From: Faecousia sp.
GTDB taxonomy: Bacteria; Bacillota; Clostridia; Oscillospirales; Oscillospiraceae
Assembly (NCBI GenBank): GCA_045644345.1
Contig: JAZRGR010000225.1
Coordinates: 15,146-79,145, forward strand
Direction: 5' to 3'
Length of the DNA: 64,000 bases
The position numbers were made by a program, and so were the translations under genes. Numbering within the stretch: the stretch's first letter is position 1; each line of letters opens with the position of its first letter. Below the pieces are notes generated by a model that worked only from the letters and a program-made list of their open reading frames with translations, searched no databases and was not told the origin of the DNA. This document shows, in pieces, positions 55,601 through 64,000 of the stretch.

Positions 55601-58411
55601 TCCAAGACGAACTTTGTATGGAACTCCAACTATACTGACAATGCCTATCTGAATTTCAAGGCATCTAATGCTGAGATTTTCCAGATCCGTCTGAAATTAG
55701 AGGGGGCAACAGCCTATGGCTCTTACGATCCCGGTGTATACTTGACGTATTTGCCTGATGGATCCAAGTATTGGAGTGGAAGCAGCGATGCTGAAAATGA
55801 TTGGAAGGAGACCATCAAGGCTACGATTCCGGAAGAGTGTATGAAGGGTGGTTCTTTGGAAGGGAAGTATGTGACCCTGACCTTTGATTTGAGCAATAAG
55901 AAGATTTCCTCTTGCGGAACCATCAAGGCTGTGACATTTATGCTGGGGTATATGTATGGAGGGAAAGCCACCATAGACCATATCTATATCGGCAGGAAGA
56001 CACATAGTCTCTACTTCGGCTTCGGCAAGGATGGTTCGGTCCCACACTATGTAGAAGGCGCCTATGGCGGACACGACTTTGATGATGCTGTCAATCCTAC
56101 TTGGGCAACCAATTGCACCCGGGAAGCGGGACAATATTTCAAGCTGGATCCTATAGAAGGTACTATGACCATTTATACAGGCGGGGATTACAATGGTACG
56201 TTAGGAAGCGGGGAAAATTACGGAGCCTATTTGGGCACATCCTCTGTTTCGGGGAATTATGCCTTCTCAGGTGATCTTGAGGAGCACCCACTGTCATATG
56301 ATCCCTCCCAGGCAGAGATCGTAGAGGTACGATTTAAGACAGAAGCACTGATGGCTCAGCAGGGTAAAACACCTCAACTCCGCCTTATGGCAGTGCAGGA
56401 GACAGATGGCGTGACCTCTGCCAATTCCGATGCCAATGTACCTTTTACAATTACCAACGGACAGTGGCAGACGGTACGGATCCCTATTAACGATAAGCTC
56501 AAGGAAGCTGATTACCTAAAATCTCTCGGCATTCGCTTCTGCTATACTCGCAATCAGGCGGACGGTGAATTTGCTAAAATCGTTGTGGACTATATCTACA
56601 TGGGCAAGGAGTCTGAGGCACCCTCTAAGCTCTATATCGGTTTTACCAACAAGGATACGGATAAGGAACGCTACCTTAGCCAGACCTACGGTAATGTGAA
56701 TCTGGACGCAGGTGGTTGGAAGCAGAGTGGGAGATTATCCAATCCTGTATTCTCCTCCTCTAATGGGGGTACCATGACACTGACGGTCAAGGCAGATGCC
56801 GATGCAGGTGTCCTTTATGTCCAGAGCTCGCCCTCTATCAATAAGCCTCTGTGTATGGAGTTTGATACCAAGGGGGCAGAGGTGGTCCAGCTCCGCTTCA
56901 AGCTGAAGAACTTCAAGGCCAACGGCACTCCCAAGGTAGGAGTCTACTTCTACAGCACTACTACCTCCCATCCCATGGGCACAGATTCTATCCTAAATGC
57001 CTGCACAGATTTCTGTTATCTCACAGGGGAGGAACTGAACAACGATACCTATATCACCATGACCCTTCCTGTTAGCGATGCGGTCAAGGCTGTGGAGAAA
57101 ATCACAGCTCTGCGACTGAATTTTGCCGGCATGGAGAGCATCGGTACCGCACAGTTAGGTGTCATTACAGTTGACTATATTTATATGGGGCCCAAGGCAT
57201 TTGCACCTACCGGTTGTGCTACGGTGACCTATGTGAACGAAGACGGGACCATCTTGATGACAGAAACTGTGGTTAAGGGGATGGAGGCTACATACACAGG
57301 CACCACACCTACCAAGAAACCCACCGAGACCGAGCATTATGCTTTCGTAGGTTGGGATAAGGATCTAACCAATGTTGAGGAAGATCTGAGGACTGTGGCA
57401 CAGTTTAAAGCAGAGGCACACAGCTTTGTTAACGGCATCTGCTCTTGTGGACAGATGGACAATAAGGAGCCTGTAGAGGATCCTACCCTCAAGCTGGGTC
57501 ATACCCTGAATCTTGCCAGCGATATCTCTGTGAATTTTGTGATCCTTAAGCAGAATTTGGAAGGCTTTGATCCTGACTCCATCTATGCAGAATGCACCTT
57601 AGATACCTATGAGGGAAGCATCAAGACAGGCACACGGACCGTAAGAATGGAGCCTGTGGACAAGGGGATCCACTATTACTTCACCCTCAACGGGCTCACA
57701 GCCATTCAGATGAATGACTCCATTGCAACGACTCTATACGGTGTGAAGGACGGAACGATCTACACCTCTCCCGTAGATATCTATAGCATTTCCACCTATG
57801 CCTATTCCCAGATGAACAACCCGGATCGCGCAGAGAGCCTCAAGATCCTGTGCGCAGATCTCCTGCGCTACGGTACCAAGGCGCAGATCTTTAAGTCCTA
57901 CCGCTTAGATGCTCCTGCAGACAGCGCTATGACAGAGGAACACAAGGCATATCTGTCGGACATAGAGGCAGTGACCTTCGGCAATACCAACGTGGTTCTG
58001 AATGATCTACCCAATGCGCCCATCACCTGGGCAGGTAAATCCCTCAATTTGGAATCCAAGGTATCTCTCAAGTTTGTCTTTAACCCCTCCAATTATTCCG
58101 GGGATCTGTCTGCACTGACCCTGCGGATCTCCTACACAGATGCATACGGGAACACCAAGACAGCTACCGTAGCCGATCCTGTCCTGTACAATACCCAGTT
58201 AAGCTACTACGTGTTCACTGTAGACAGTCTCCTTGCCGCAGAACTGAGAGCAGTGATTTCCGCTCAGGTTTACGCAGGAGACGCCCCCGTATCTGCCACC
58301 CTGCAATACAGTCCCGATACCTACGGCAACGGCAAGAGTGGCACCCTCTTAGACCTGTGCAAAGCTCTATTTGCATACTCTGACAGTGCGAAAGCATATT
58401 TCATGAATTGA
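52691..58411 (+). CDS. Secreted PL8-like polysaccharide lyase with three repeat modules, B-repeat and the shared C-terminal module
   Basis: NWWDWAFG, DDSYVAH....Y.G.YG, GWYIGDG..Y, RIPGTT, AKKSYFMFDDEIVC.GSDI, DHGSKP....YSY..LP. Confidence 0.8.
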   Translation: MMKRILSMTLLVAMLLTLLPAMYFEVLAATYTTADWNALRNNWKISICGDDTVDWSDSEIQKIVGQTNSSGVSSSGISYNGGKYWRDLESNRSNSGRVFGSTNITITVSSDTMRKQFVYLMHMAKAYGTRGTVYTYKDSNGSLIATELYQNQDLRNAIFYGLGKSTGFFNKDRWSSQKSSSTATTYYNWWDWAFGSPDEILQTLLVMYPFKTTAEKDTANKLMDTCRYLIDAIRPNNDGKTDETSISYRRTRLRICGMIAALKQDTALMEQTRTNLVNFLEQNDGGNGVQMDDSYVAHDSFAYEGCYGVQNLAERIIGSYYVMAGTAFELDASNKHNQVDWILKTFMPAMHNGVMMMQSNGRFPASGREYGRYAITAALQLLGCFAPEDDLQLIQFIRDIVVQDSEAETYKIYSALAVALGNVMLVQRLKECVFEYNVPQLGGTYARMRYRNDRAVQHTENYTVGLAMSSRRIATHESINGANRYGWYIGDGALYVYNDKTTVSYDQYGADFNRYANMYRIPGTTEENSTARKPVSQREEYFPGMTYTSSGWTQDKNKDGVDAGAFVGGVDLDGQFVAAAMDFEAYSWSSAESTVEKTKIKSPVERNNLKQVLTSNLTAKKSYFMFDDEIVCVGSDIDFSTRSNSVYTYVDNRELTEKTTIDGVTTYGTEDIIVDGVTLEKVNSFSTKKYTDPGWVYAGNFGGYVFPKGGNITIKKAFRESSADGDNTNDSFNDYTLGATAPNGKHSFFEMWVDHGSKPVDGSYSYVMLPGKTPAETQGYSKSPDITVSKNTTSMHVVKENTLGITAMVFWKAGTYGDITVDKPMIVMVRELDGMYTISVSDPTQELSSGTITINRALHSWDINSRMTVSGTSKITIKVNFSGVKGASIASEFSIADTQQLMFDFTKVNSGKYHDKLYGFKNYGNVNNWAPMRIPSDALSFSGGKLIVPLTTEKDSSGNLRYHTYIQPSDSKTNFVWNSNYTDNAYLNFKASNAEIFQIRLKLEGATAYGSYDPGVYLTYLPDGSKYWSGSSDAENDWKETIKATIPEECMKGGSLEGKYVTLTFDLSNKKISSCGTIKAVTFMLGYMYGGKATIDHIYIGRKTHSLYFGFGKDGSVPHYVEGAYGGHDFDDAVNPTWATNCTREAGQYFKLDPIEGTMTIYTGGDYNGTLGSGENYGAYLGTSSVSGNYAFSGDLEEHPLSYDPSQAEIVEVRFKTEALMAQQGKTPQLRLMAVQETDGVTSANSDANVPFTITNGQWQTVRIPINDKLKEADYLKSLGIRFCYTRNQADGEFAKIVVDYIYMGKESEAPSKLYIGFTNKDTDKERYLSQTYGNVNLDAGGWKQSGRLSNPVFSSSNGGTMTLTVKADADAGVLYVQSSPSINKPLCMEFDTKGAEVVQLRFKLKNFKANGTPKVGVYFYSTTTSHPMGTDSILNACTDFCYLTGEELNNDTYITMTLPVSDAVKAVEKITALRLNFAGMESIGTAQLGVITVDYIYMGPKAFAPTGCATVTYVNEDGTILMTETVVKGMEATYTGTTPTKKPTETEHYAFVGWDKDLTNVEEDLRTVAQFKAEAHSFVNGICSCGQMDNKEPVEDPTLKLGHTLNLASDISVNFVILKQNLEGFDPDSIYAECTLDTYEGSIKTGTRTVRMEPVDKGIHYYFTLNGLTAIQMNDSIATTLYGVKDGTIYTSPVDIYSISTYAYSQMNNPDRAESLKILCADLLRYGTKAQIFKSYRLDAPADSAMTEEHKAYLSDIEAVTFGNTNVVLNDLPNAPITWAGKSLNLESKVSLKFVFNPSNYSGDLSALTLRISYTDAYGNTKTATVADPVLYNTQLSYYVFTVDSLLAAELRAVISAQVYAGDAPVSATLQYSPDTYGNGKSGTLLDLCKALFAYSDSAKAYFMN

Positions 58412-58464
58412 TACTACTATCTGATTAAAAGTATGCTTTTAATCAGATAGCCAACGCCTGACTC

Positions 58465-58509
58465 AAAATCATTGCTCCAAGAGGAAATACCTCTTGGAGC
58501 AATGATTTT
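58465..58509 (+). terminator. Hairpin terminator after the first PL8-like gene (a second perfect 15-bp hairpin lies at 58417-58450)
   Basis: AAAATCATTGCTCCAAGAGG / CCTCTTGGAGCAATGATTTT; promoter TTGACC-N17-TAAAGT follows at 58525-58553. Confidence 0.75.
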
Positions 58510-58567
58510 TGCCGGAAGACCCTCTTGACCTCGGAGGCAAAGAATGGTAAAGTAATACTGTAGAAAT

Positions 58568-61500
58568 ATGCAGAAGGAAGGTATTTTCTTGAAGATAAAA
58601 ATACTGTCCCTTTTCTTAGCGCTGGCTGTCGTACTGTCTTTCTTGCCTGCATTCACGTTATCGGTCTACGGTGCGTCCTATACTGATGAGCAGTGGGAGG
58701 ACTTAATACTGCGATACAGACAGGCTTTTTACGGGACTGAGGATGTCGACTGGACGGATCCTCAGATCCGTGCTATTGTAGGAGAAAAGGACCATCATGG
58801 TGTAACTGTCTCCGGTACGGCATATCAAGGGGGCAAATATTGGAATGACTTGGAGAAAAACAGGCAACATCCGGGGCGAATCTTTGGCAAGAGGGATATT
58901 ACTATAGATACTCCCAGCTCTGATATGGGACTGCAATTCTTGTATCTGCAGTATTTGGCTGAGGCTTACGCAACGCCGGGCAGCGAGTATACCTATAGGG
59001 ATCGGGATGGGGTGCTCTGCAGTCAGAATCTATACCGGGAGTCCGATTTGCGGGCAGCTATTTTCTATGGGTTGGAAAAGAGCCAGATCTTTTATTCTCA
59101 GGATTTCTGGAGCAGACAGGCTGTAAGCCCGTCTAATACCCTTAATTATAACTGGTGGGATTGGGCATATCAAGCCCCGAACCAAATAGGCAGGATCCTT
59201 ATGGCGGTCTATCCCTTTGAAACAGAGGGAGAGGAGCGGATCGCAACTGCTATAGCAGAGACGGCGATTGCTTTTGTAGATCTGATCCGACCCAATACTC
59301 ACAGCAACTATAATACGCAGATGGAGTATCGTCGCACACGGATGAGCATCATTCCGGTGCTTGCCGCTATTGTGCGGGATGATGGGCTCATGGACGAGAC
59401 AAGGAGCAATCTGGCATATTTCCTCCGCAATGATTATACTTATGCTGACGGAGTAAAACAGGACGGATCTTATATTTGCCATGGGAGCTTTGCTATGGAG
59501 GGCAGATACGGCATAGACGTTTTGATCTCCCGTGTAATAGATACCTACAGTATTCTTCACGGAACGGTTTTTGCACCTGTGACCTCTAACAGGATCAATC
59601 AGTTCTACTGGATCATGGATGTATTCAAGCCCCTTATGTTGGACAGCGGTATTATGGCTCAGAGCAACGGAAGAGAGCCTCAGAGTGCGCTGTCCATGGG
59701 TCCTATTGTCATTAAGGGCGCCTTGGAGCTACTTGGCTGCTTTGGAGCGCAGGAGGACTTACAGCTCAAGCAGTTTATCAGACAGATCGTTGTTAAAGAT
59801 ACTGCAGAAGAGACTCGTAATGCCTATGCCTTCTATGCACGCTCTATGGGGAGTGTGAACCTTGTAAATGTGCTAAAATCTGTGGTTTTTGATCAGAGTG
59901 TTGCGACAGACACGGAGCTCTATGGAGTTATGCGGTATAAGTCTGACAGAGCCGTTCAACATCGGGAGAAGTATACTGTAGGACTGGCTATGAGCTCCAA
60001 TCGTATTGCCAATTATGAGAGCATCAATGGACGGAACCGATATGGATGGTTTACGGGGGATGGCATGATCTATGTATACAATGATGAAACGGCCTATGAT
60101 TATGACCCCTACGGTGAAGCCTTCCAGAGATTTGCCAATATGCACCGTATTCCGGGCACTACCCAGGAGGCAGAGCCGATTCGATTGCCCTGGAGTAACC
60201 GTATGCACTATTTTCCGGGCATGACCTATGTGTATGACCAAGCTACCAAGATCTCTACTTGGAAGAAGGATATGAATGTCCGCGGTCAATATGTTGCCTC
60301 CTTTGTCGGCGGTGTGGAGTTTGAGGGACAATTTATTGCGGCGGCTATGGATTTCGAGGCATACAGCTGGAGCCCGGAGGAATCGGAACAGGAGATTGCG
60401 TATATTCATACTACAGACTCTAAGGACGAAAATGCCGAGAATAATCAAACTAAACAGGTGGTCTTATCGGATCTAACGGCAAAAAAATCCTATTTCCTCT
60501 TTGATGACGAGATCGTTTGTGTCGGTACGGATATTGACTTTACGACCCGAGAGGGAGCGGTATATACCTATGTAGATAATCGGGAGCTGTTAGAGACTGA
60601 TCTGCATAAGGGTATCCCCTTATATGGCACAGAGGATATTATCGTAGATGGACGCTTGTTAGAAAAGACCAATTCGTTCCCACAGCCAAAGATCTACGAG
60701 GATCCCAAATGGATCCACCAGGAAAACTTTGGTGGCTACTATTTCCCCCAAGGGGGGACAGTGGGTGTCAACAAGACCTTCCGCGCGACCAGCAATGACG
60801 GTGATAAGGGAAACGATGACTATAATCGATACTACCTGGATATCACGCCCAAGACGGAACAGCACAGTTTTATGGAGCTGTGGTTGGATCATGGCAGCAA
60901 GCCTCAAAATGGTACTTATGCATATGTTATGCTACCGGAGCACACTGCAGAGGAAACTGCGGATTATAGTAGGCAGCCGGATGTTACGATTCTCTGTTCC
61001 AGCGACAGTGTCCATGTGATCCGTGAACATACCCTTGGGATCACAGCTATGGTATTCTGGCAGGCCGGAAGCTATGAGGATATTACAGTGAGTCAGCCCT
61101 GTATCCTCATGATACGGGAACAGGACGGACAGTATACTGTGGCTGTCAGCGACCCGACCCAGAGTGTGTCTACAGCATATGTAACAATTCGACGCAAGCT
61201 CTATCCGTCTACAGTCGACCCTCGGATCACTGTAAGCGGCGAGGACAAGACCTATTTGGATCTGAATTTCGCCGGGATCGGAGGCAAGACTTTAAGTGGT
61301 ACCTTCTACATCAGCGAACCCCGGCATCTGATGTTTGACTTCCGTCCGGAGAATAAAGAACGGTACAGCAGTACCTTGTATGGATATAGCGACTACACAA
61401 GCGCAAGCTGTTGGGATGCAGGGGAGTCTGCTGTTTCGGTGTACAAGGGAGCACTGACCTTTGCATTTCCTAATGTAGAAACTGCAGAGGAGGTTATCCT

Positions 61501-63334
61501 CTGTCCTACGGGAGCGGAGGATGGGACGAACACTCTGCAATACGATCCGGGAGGGGCAGAAATTTTTCAAATTCGCTTGAAGCTCTCTGATGCTGTTCCC
61601 TATGGGGATGGTATCCCACACATCCTCCTACAGTGTTCCGGGCAGGAGAACGGTTACAGTATCTGTCATAAGGAAGAAATTCGAGCTGAGATCTCTGCGG
61701 CGGTGCTGGATGGTGGAGAGCTTGAGGATAAATATATCACTTTAACGTGTCATATAAAGGGAGAGACATTCGCAGCATGTGACCGGATTCGGGGGATCCG
61801 ACTTCTGTTCCGAGGAATAAAGGCCGGGAGTGCTACCATAGATTATATCTACCTGGGGCCTAATACGGATCAGCTGTTTTTTGATTTTAAGAATGATGCC
61901 GAGGCACATCGTTATGATGTGAGCGCTTATGGAGGGTATGCGTATGATAATGAGACGGGTGCTCCCTGGGCTACAGCCTGCACGGATTCTCTCCGCGGAT
62001 ATTATACCGTAGATAATGAGAGAGGGACTCTGTCTGTGTATACAGGAACAGACTGTTTTGGTACGCCGGGGGTGGATGCCCATTACGGACCGTATTTGGA
62101 GACCACGGCAAGCAGTGGGATCTACCCATGGTCTGACGCTGAATACCATGCTCTGTCTTATATTCCTCGGGGGGAAGATGTAATAGAGATCCGTTTCCGT
62201 GGGGAAGCTCTGCAGCCTGCTCCGGGAGAGATCCCCCAATTGTATCTGCTGTACACCACTGAAAATCAAGGGGTTACTGCCCGACATTCACAGCCTCTCA
62301 AGGAATTCCTTCTTAGTGAGGAATATCAAACCATAAGGATGCCCCTGCCTGCAGAATTTAGAACAGCAGAGTATATTAAGTCTCTGGGATTCCGTTTCAA
62401 GGGGGTAAGGGCGGCGGATACAGTGTCTGTCGGAAAGATTGAGATCGACTATATTTATGTAGGATCGGAAACAAAGGCTCCTTCTCGAGGGATATGCTTC
62501 GACTTTGGGCATGGGGCAGAGGAACGAGTAACCTACGATTCAGAGGATCGGTGGGAAATAGAATTCAGCCGGATCGGATGGATCGGTACGGGAGCTAAGA
62601 GTGAGCCTGTGGTGAATTATGACCGTGGAACGTTATCTTTTGCTGTTACCCATAGGGAGAAGGGTCCTGTTGGGATCTGTACCGAGGATCAAGTTCAGGG
62701 AATGTTGCCCCTAAATTTTATTCCACGAGATGCAGAATATATACAGCTCAGATTTCGGTTAGAGAACTTTGTGCCATATGATACAGCTTGCCTCGCACTG
62801 TACTATGATACGGCAGAAATGTACAGATCCAATGGCAGGAATGTGTCTCAGAGAATCGGCATTCGCATTCTGACTGCCGAGGAACTGAATTCCCGGGAAT
62901 TCCTTACAGTAACCTTCGCTGTCCCTTCCGGGATGAGGTCGGAGGAACGGATCACAGCATTCCGTATAGAGCTAAAAGGATGCTCCGGTGAGAGTAGGAA
63001 GAACCCGGGTATCCTTACCCTCGACTATCTTTATGTAGGCCCTGAGAAGCAATTGCCCATACCTTTCCGCAGAATATTCTGGCATAATGGGGAGGGGGAA
63101 ACAATATGGCAGTGGGACGTTGTGGAAGGAGAGTCTCTGACCTATCCGGGACAACCCCCTGCAAAGGCATCCGATGCCATGTGCCATTACCGCTTCCTTG
63201 CCTGGACAGATAGTATGGGTAGAGCAGTAGATGTAGGGACTGTTAGAGGGGATGTGCATCTTTACCCGGTTTATGAGGGTAAGCCCCATGTGTTTACGAA
63301 TGGAACCTGCATCTGCGGACAGAAAGCAAAGTGA
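58568..63334 (+). CDS. Secreted PL8-like polysaccharide lyase paralog with three repeat modules, lacking the shared C-terminal module; start may be TTG 58589
   Basis: Same lyase motifs as the upstream paralog (NWWDWAY, QDGSYICH, GWFTGDG, AKKSYFLFDDEIVC); ends HVFTNGTCICGQKAK. Confidence 0.8.
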   Translation: MQKEGIFLKIKILSLFLALAVVLSFLPAFTLSVYGASYTDEQWEDLILRYRQAFYGTEDVDWTDPQIRAIVGEKDHHGVTVSGTAYQGGKYWNDLEKNRQHPGRIFGKRDITIDTPSSDMGLQFLYLQYLAEAYATPGSEYTYRDRDGVLCSQNLYRESDLRAAIFYGLEKSQIFYSQDFWSRQAVSPSNTLNYNWWDWAYQAPNQIGRILMAVYPFETEGEERIATAIAETAIAFVDLIRPNTHSNYNTQMEYRRTRMSIIPVLAAIVRDDGLMDETRSNLAYFLRNDYTYADGVKQDGSYICHGSFAMEGRYGIDVLISRVIDTYSILHGTVFAPVTSNRINQFYWIMDVFKPLMLDSGIMAQSNGREPQSALSMGPIVIKGALELLGCFGAQEDLQLKQFIRQIVVKDTAEETRNAYAFYARSMGSVNLVNVLKSVVFDQSVATDTELYGVMRYKSDRAVQHREKYTVGLAMSSNRIANYESINGRNRYGWFTGDGMIYVYNDETAYDYDPYGEAFQRFANMHRIPGTTQEAEPIRLPWSNRMHYFPGMTYVYDQATKISTWKKDMNVRGQYVASFVGGVEFEGQFIAAAMDFEAYSWSPEESEQEIAYIHTTDSKDENAENNQTKQVVLSDLTAKKSYFLFDDEIVCVGTDIDFTTREGAVYTYVDNRELLETDLHKGIPLYGTEDIIVDGRLLEKTNSFPQPKIYEDPKWIHQENFGGYYFPQGGTVGVNKTFRATSNDGDKGNDDYNRYYLDITPKTEQHSFMELWLDHGSKPQNGTYAYVMLPEHTAEETADYSRQPDVTILCSSDSVHVIREHTLGITAMVFWQAGSYEDITVSQPCILMIREQDGQYTVAVSDPTQSVSTAYVTIRRKLYPSTVDPRITVSGEDKTYLDLNFAGIGGKTLSGTFYISEPRHLMFDFRPENKERYSSTLYGYSDYTSASCWDAGESAVSVYKGALTFAFPNVETAEEVILCPTGAEDGTNTLQYDPGGAEIFQIRLKLSDAVPYGDGIPHILLQCSGQENGYSICHKEEIRAEISAAVLDGGELEDKYITLTCHIKGETFAACDRIRGIRLLFRGIKAGSATIDYIYLGPNTDQLFFDFKNDAEAHRYDVSAYGGYAYDNETGAPWATACTDSLRGYYTVDNERGTLSVYTGTDCFGTPGVDAHYGPYLETTASSGIYPWSDAEYHALSYIPRGEDVIEIRFRGEALQPAPGEIPQLYLLYTTENQGVTARHSQPLKEFLLSEEYQTIRMPLPAEFRTAEYIKSLGFRFKGVRAADTVSVGKIEIDYIYVGSETKAPSRGICFDFGHGAEERVTYDSEDRWEIEFSRIGWIGTGAKSEPVVNYDRGTLSFAVTHREKGPVGICTEDQVQGMLPLNFIPRDAEYIQLRFRLENFVPYDTACLALYYDTAEMYRSNGRNVSQRIGIRILTAEELNSREFLTVTFAVPSGMRSEERITAFRIELKGCSGESRKNPGILTLDYLYVGPEKQLPIPFRRIFWHNGEGETIWQWDVVEGESLTYPGQPPAKASDAMCHYRFLAWTDSMGRAVDVGTVRGDVHLYPVYEGKPHVFTNGTCICGQKAK

Positions 63335-63344
63335 AGACAAAAAC

Positions 63345-63381
63345 CTCTCCCCGTAATTCGGACTCCGAATTACGGGGAGAG
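63345..63381. terminator. Bidirectional hairpin terminator
   Basis: CTCTCCCCGTAATTCGG / CCGAATTACGGGGAGAG. Confidence 0.75.
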
Positions 63382-63396
63382 ATTTATACAAGGGGA

Positions 63397-64000
63397 TCAT
63401 ACAAGCGTCGGACCGGCAATATGGAGGCTACCGTCAGAGCATAGAGCTACCGTATGGTCAAAGGCGGCAAATACAGCGACTATGTTCTGCCAGCGGGATA
63501 CCTCACATCTGCCGTCCTCGTTATATCCTCTTGCGACTACAGTTCCATCCAGACGCAGACCAACGCAATGGTCCTGCCCGCAGGCGATCATGATGATGTC
63601 AGTCCAGTCCTCTACACAGCAACGATCATCCTCATTGCTACCGGCGGCAAGGACAGTGCCGTCTTCGCACAAACCGAGGGTGAAGTTCCGACCACCCTGT
63701 AGGGTGACAAGTTTGTTCCAGTGGGCAATGTTACACTGACCGAAATCATTCTGACCGACTGCAAAGGCGGTACCATCCGCCTTTAGACCTAAGCTGTGAA
63801 AACCACCGGTGGAGATATCGATCACATTCTCCCAGTGTTCTACATTGCATTGTCCGTCGTAGTTGGCACCTGTGGCAAGAACTCTGCCATTGCTCTGCAA
63901 TCCCAGTGAGTAGGAGCAGCCTGCACAGATCCGGATAACGTCCTTCCAGGCATCTACAGCAAGCTGGGGACTTTGTCCATAGCCCTTTGCTAATACGGTT
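63397..64000 (-). CDS. RCC1-repeat beta-propeller protein, 5'-partial
   Basis: Repeats of H(S/T)(L/V)GL..DG(T/R)V.A.G.N..GQC.V..W....I..G; the frame stays open to the window edge. Confidence 0.85.
   Translation of the reverse strand, partial: TVLAKGYGQSPQLAVDAWKDVIRICAGCSYSLGLQSNGRVLATGANYDGQCNVEHWENVIDISTGGFHSLGLKADGTAFAVGQNDFGQCNIAHWNKLVTLQGGRNFTLGLCEDGTVLAAGSNEDDRCCVEDWTDIIMIACGQDHCVGLRLDGTVVARGYNEDGRCEVSRWQNIVAVFAAFDHTVALCSDGSLHIAGPTLV

Noticed and set aside
44271-58443. Similar ATTAAAAG...CTTTTAAT cores in hairpins at 44271 and 58424
   Set aside because: Spacer lengths differ (6 versus 4 nt), there are only two copies and the sequence is AT-rich; probably coincidence.
12650-63334. Cellulosome (dockerin/cohesin), SLH or sortase anchoring of the large enzymes
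   Set aside because: No DxxxDG calcium-loop pairs, SLH motifs or LPXTG-TM-basic tails at the C-termini.
497-63739. The many short overlapping ORFs of 60-260 aa in the track
   Set aside because: They lie within or antisense to well-supported genes and show no motifs or RBS.
1-64000. CRISPR array, tRNA/rRNA genes, IS elements
   Set aside because: I saw no regularly spaced short repeats, cloverleafs, rRNA-like segments or transposase ORFs on reading through.

Overview
A 64 kb piece of chromosome from a spore-forming Clostridia-type Firmicute (sigma-A promoters, GGAGG RBSs, cotJC, recD2; probably Oscillospiraceae-like, which is an inference). (1) Positions 1-~9065 are the right end of a prophage: a very large tail/structural protein, small tail-associated proteins, a Dp-1-type holin, a multi-domain protein ending in a Tad1-like immune-signal sponge domain, an amidase endolysin and a 38-aa ORF. 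The prophage ends exactly where the sporulation gene cotJC resumes without its 5' end, so it appears to be integrated inside cotJC. (2) ddh, then an orphan RiPP-like pair: a Cys-containing YxxP-leader peptide and a radical SAM/SPASM enzyme. (3) Five large Sec-secreted mosaic enzymes spread over the window: two tandem double-metallophosphoesterases, one triple GHL10/DUF187-like glycosidase and two PL8-like lyases. Four end in the same unannotated ~310-aa internally duplicated C-terminal module, and four share a ~190-aa repeated module. No LPXTG, SLH or dockerin is visible. (4) A complete LacI-associated starch/maltodextrin locus. (5) Housekeeping block dnaX-ybaB-recR, recD2, an MreB paralog and a polysaccharide deacetylase, with a highly structured leader upstream of dnaX. 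All family assignments come from recognising motifs by eye; no searches were run.
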